A DNA stretch of 64,000 nt. Origin: Candidatus Parcubacteria bacterium (GTDB lineage: Bacteria > Patescibacteriota > Minisyncoccia > Phycocordibacterales > CAIJYI01). A program made the position numbers and the translations under genes. The stretch spans positions 76,136 through 140,135 of the forward strand of contig JAPLYL010000003.1 in NCBI GenBank assembly GCA_026395595.1, in the 5' to 3' direction. Below, one piece after another: positions 63,806 through 64,000 of this stretch; the stretch's first letter is position 1; the number at the start of each line of letters is the position of its first letter. The notes below the pieces were generated by a model that searched no databases, was not told the DNA's origin, and saw nothing but the letters and a program-made list of their open reading frames with translations.

Positions 63806-64000
63806 TATGCTTTTTACTCTCAAAAATATCGCCTCTAAATTTAAGTTTACTCCGAAAGGGATTATCCATCTCGGAGCGCATATCGGACAGGAAGCGGAAG
63901 ATTATTCTTTTGTAAAACATGTTTTGTGGATAGAAGGAAATCCTGACATTATGCCGGAGTTGGAAAAGAACATAAGTAAATATCCGGGACAAACCGCTTT
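63806..64000 (+). CDS. FkbM-family methyltransferase, 5' part only (the gene is truncated by the window end).
   Basis: MLFTLKNIASKFKFTPKGIIHLGAHIGQEAEDY resembles the FkbM N-terminal G-rich SAM loop. Confidence 0.4.

Overview
This is a low-GC (about 35-40%), gene-dense bacterial segment. Its gene content and compact proteins resemble a reduced genome of the Candidate Phyla Radiation / Patescibacteria type; that assignment is inference from gene content only. The core genes are all recognisable from motifs. They are prfB (RF2, with a shortened domain 1), ftsE-ftsX, pyrG, glutamine synthetase, groES-groEL, glmS, YvcK/CofD, a SIMPL protein, DUF4349, LemA, HtpX, MscL with an extra C-terminal zinc ribbon, rplJ-rplL with an L10-leader-like 5' UTR, a PAS histidine kinase plus a stand-alone receiver, a TraD/VirD4-like ATPase, and ATP-PEPCK. 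At 53.8-64 kb there is a surface-glycosylation cluster of five GT4 glycosyltransferases, two methyltransferases and a bacterial Elp3. Two tRNAs are present: tRNA-Gln(CUG) at 8562-8635 and tRNA-Ser(GGA) at 43330-43414. The most interesting parts are two accessory islands, each attached to one of these tRNAs. Island 1 (about 8.2-20.2 kb, after tRNA-Gln) carries hypothetical proteins with Rx4-6H HEPN-like motifs, NERD and HD proteins, and zinc-ribbon mini-proteins. It also carries a higher-GC foreign block containing a 620-aa unknown protein and a frameshifted methyltransferase, then DinD, an IS200/IS605 tnpA with subterminal hairpins, and a ClpP-like peptidase. A family of about 100-130 nt conserved repeats sits directly after the stop codons of four consecutive genes in this island, which is an integron-attC-like layout. 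Island 2 (43.4-46.5 kb, after tRNA-Ser) is bounded by a 27-nt direct repeat whose left copy overlaps the tRNA 3' end. It contains an inverted and a direct duplicate of the tRNA 3' terminus, three homologous 60-nt repeats between single-gene modules, and a frameshifted GNAT. Further unexplained sequence structures are listed in the findings. They are a promoter/terminator-delimited structured RNA with a pseudoknot and GAAA and UUCG tetraloops (20255-20415), a repeated hairpin that sequesters a perfect SD sequence (two copies), an agcttttag inverted-repeat family (two copies), a 100-nt palindrome with perfect 28-bp arms, and a perfect 40-bp palindrome inside the Elp3 reading frame. No CRISPR array and no rRNA were seen.
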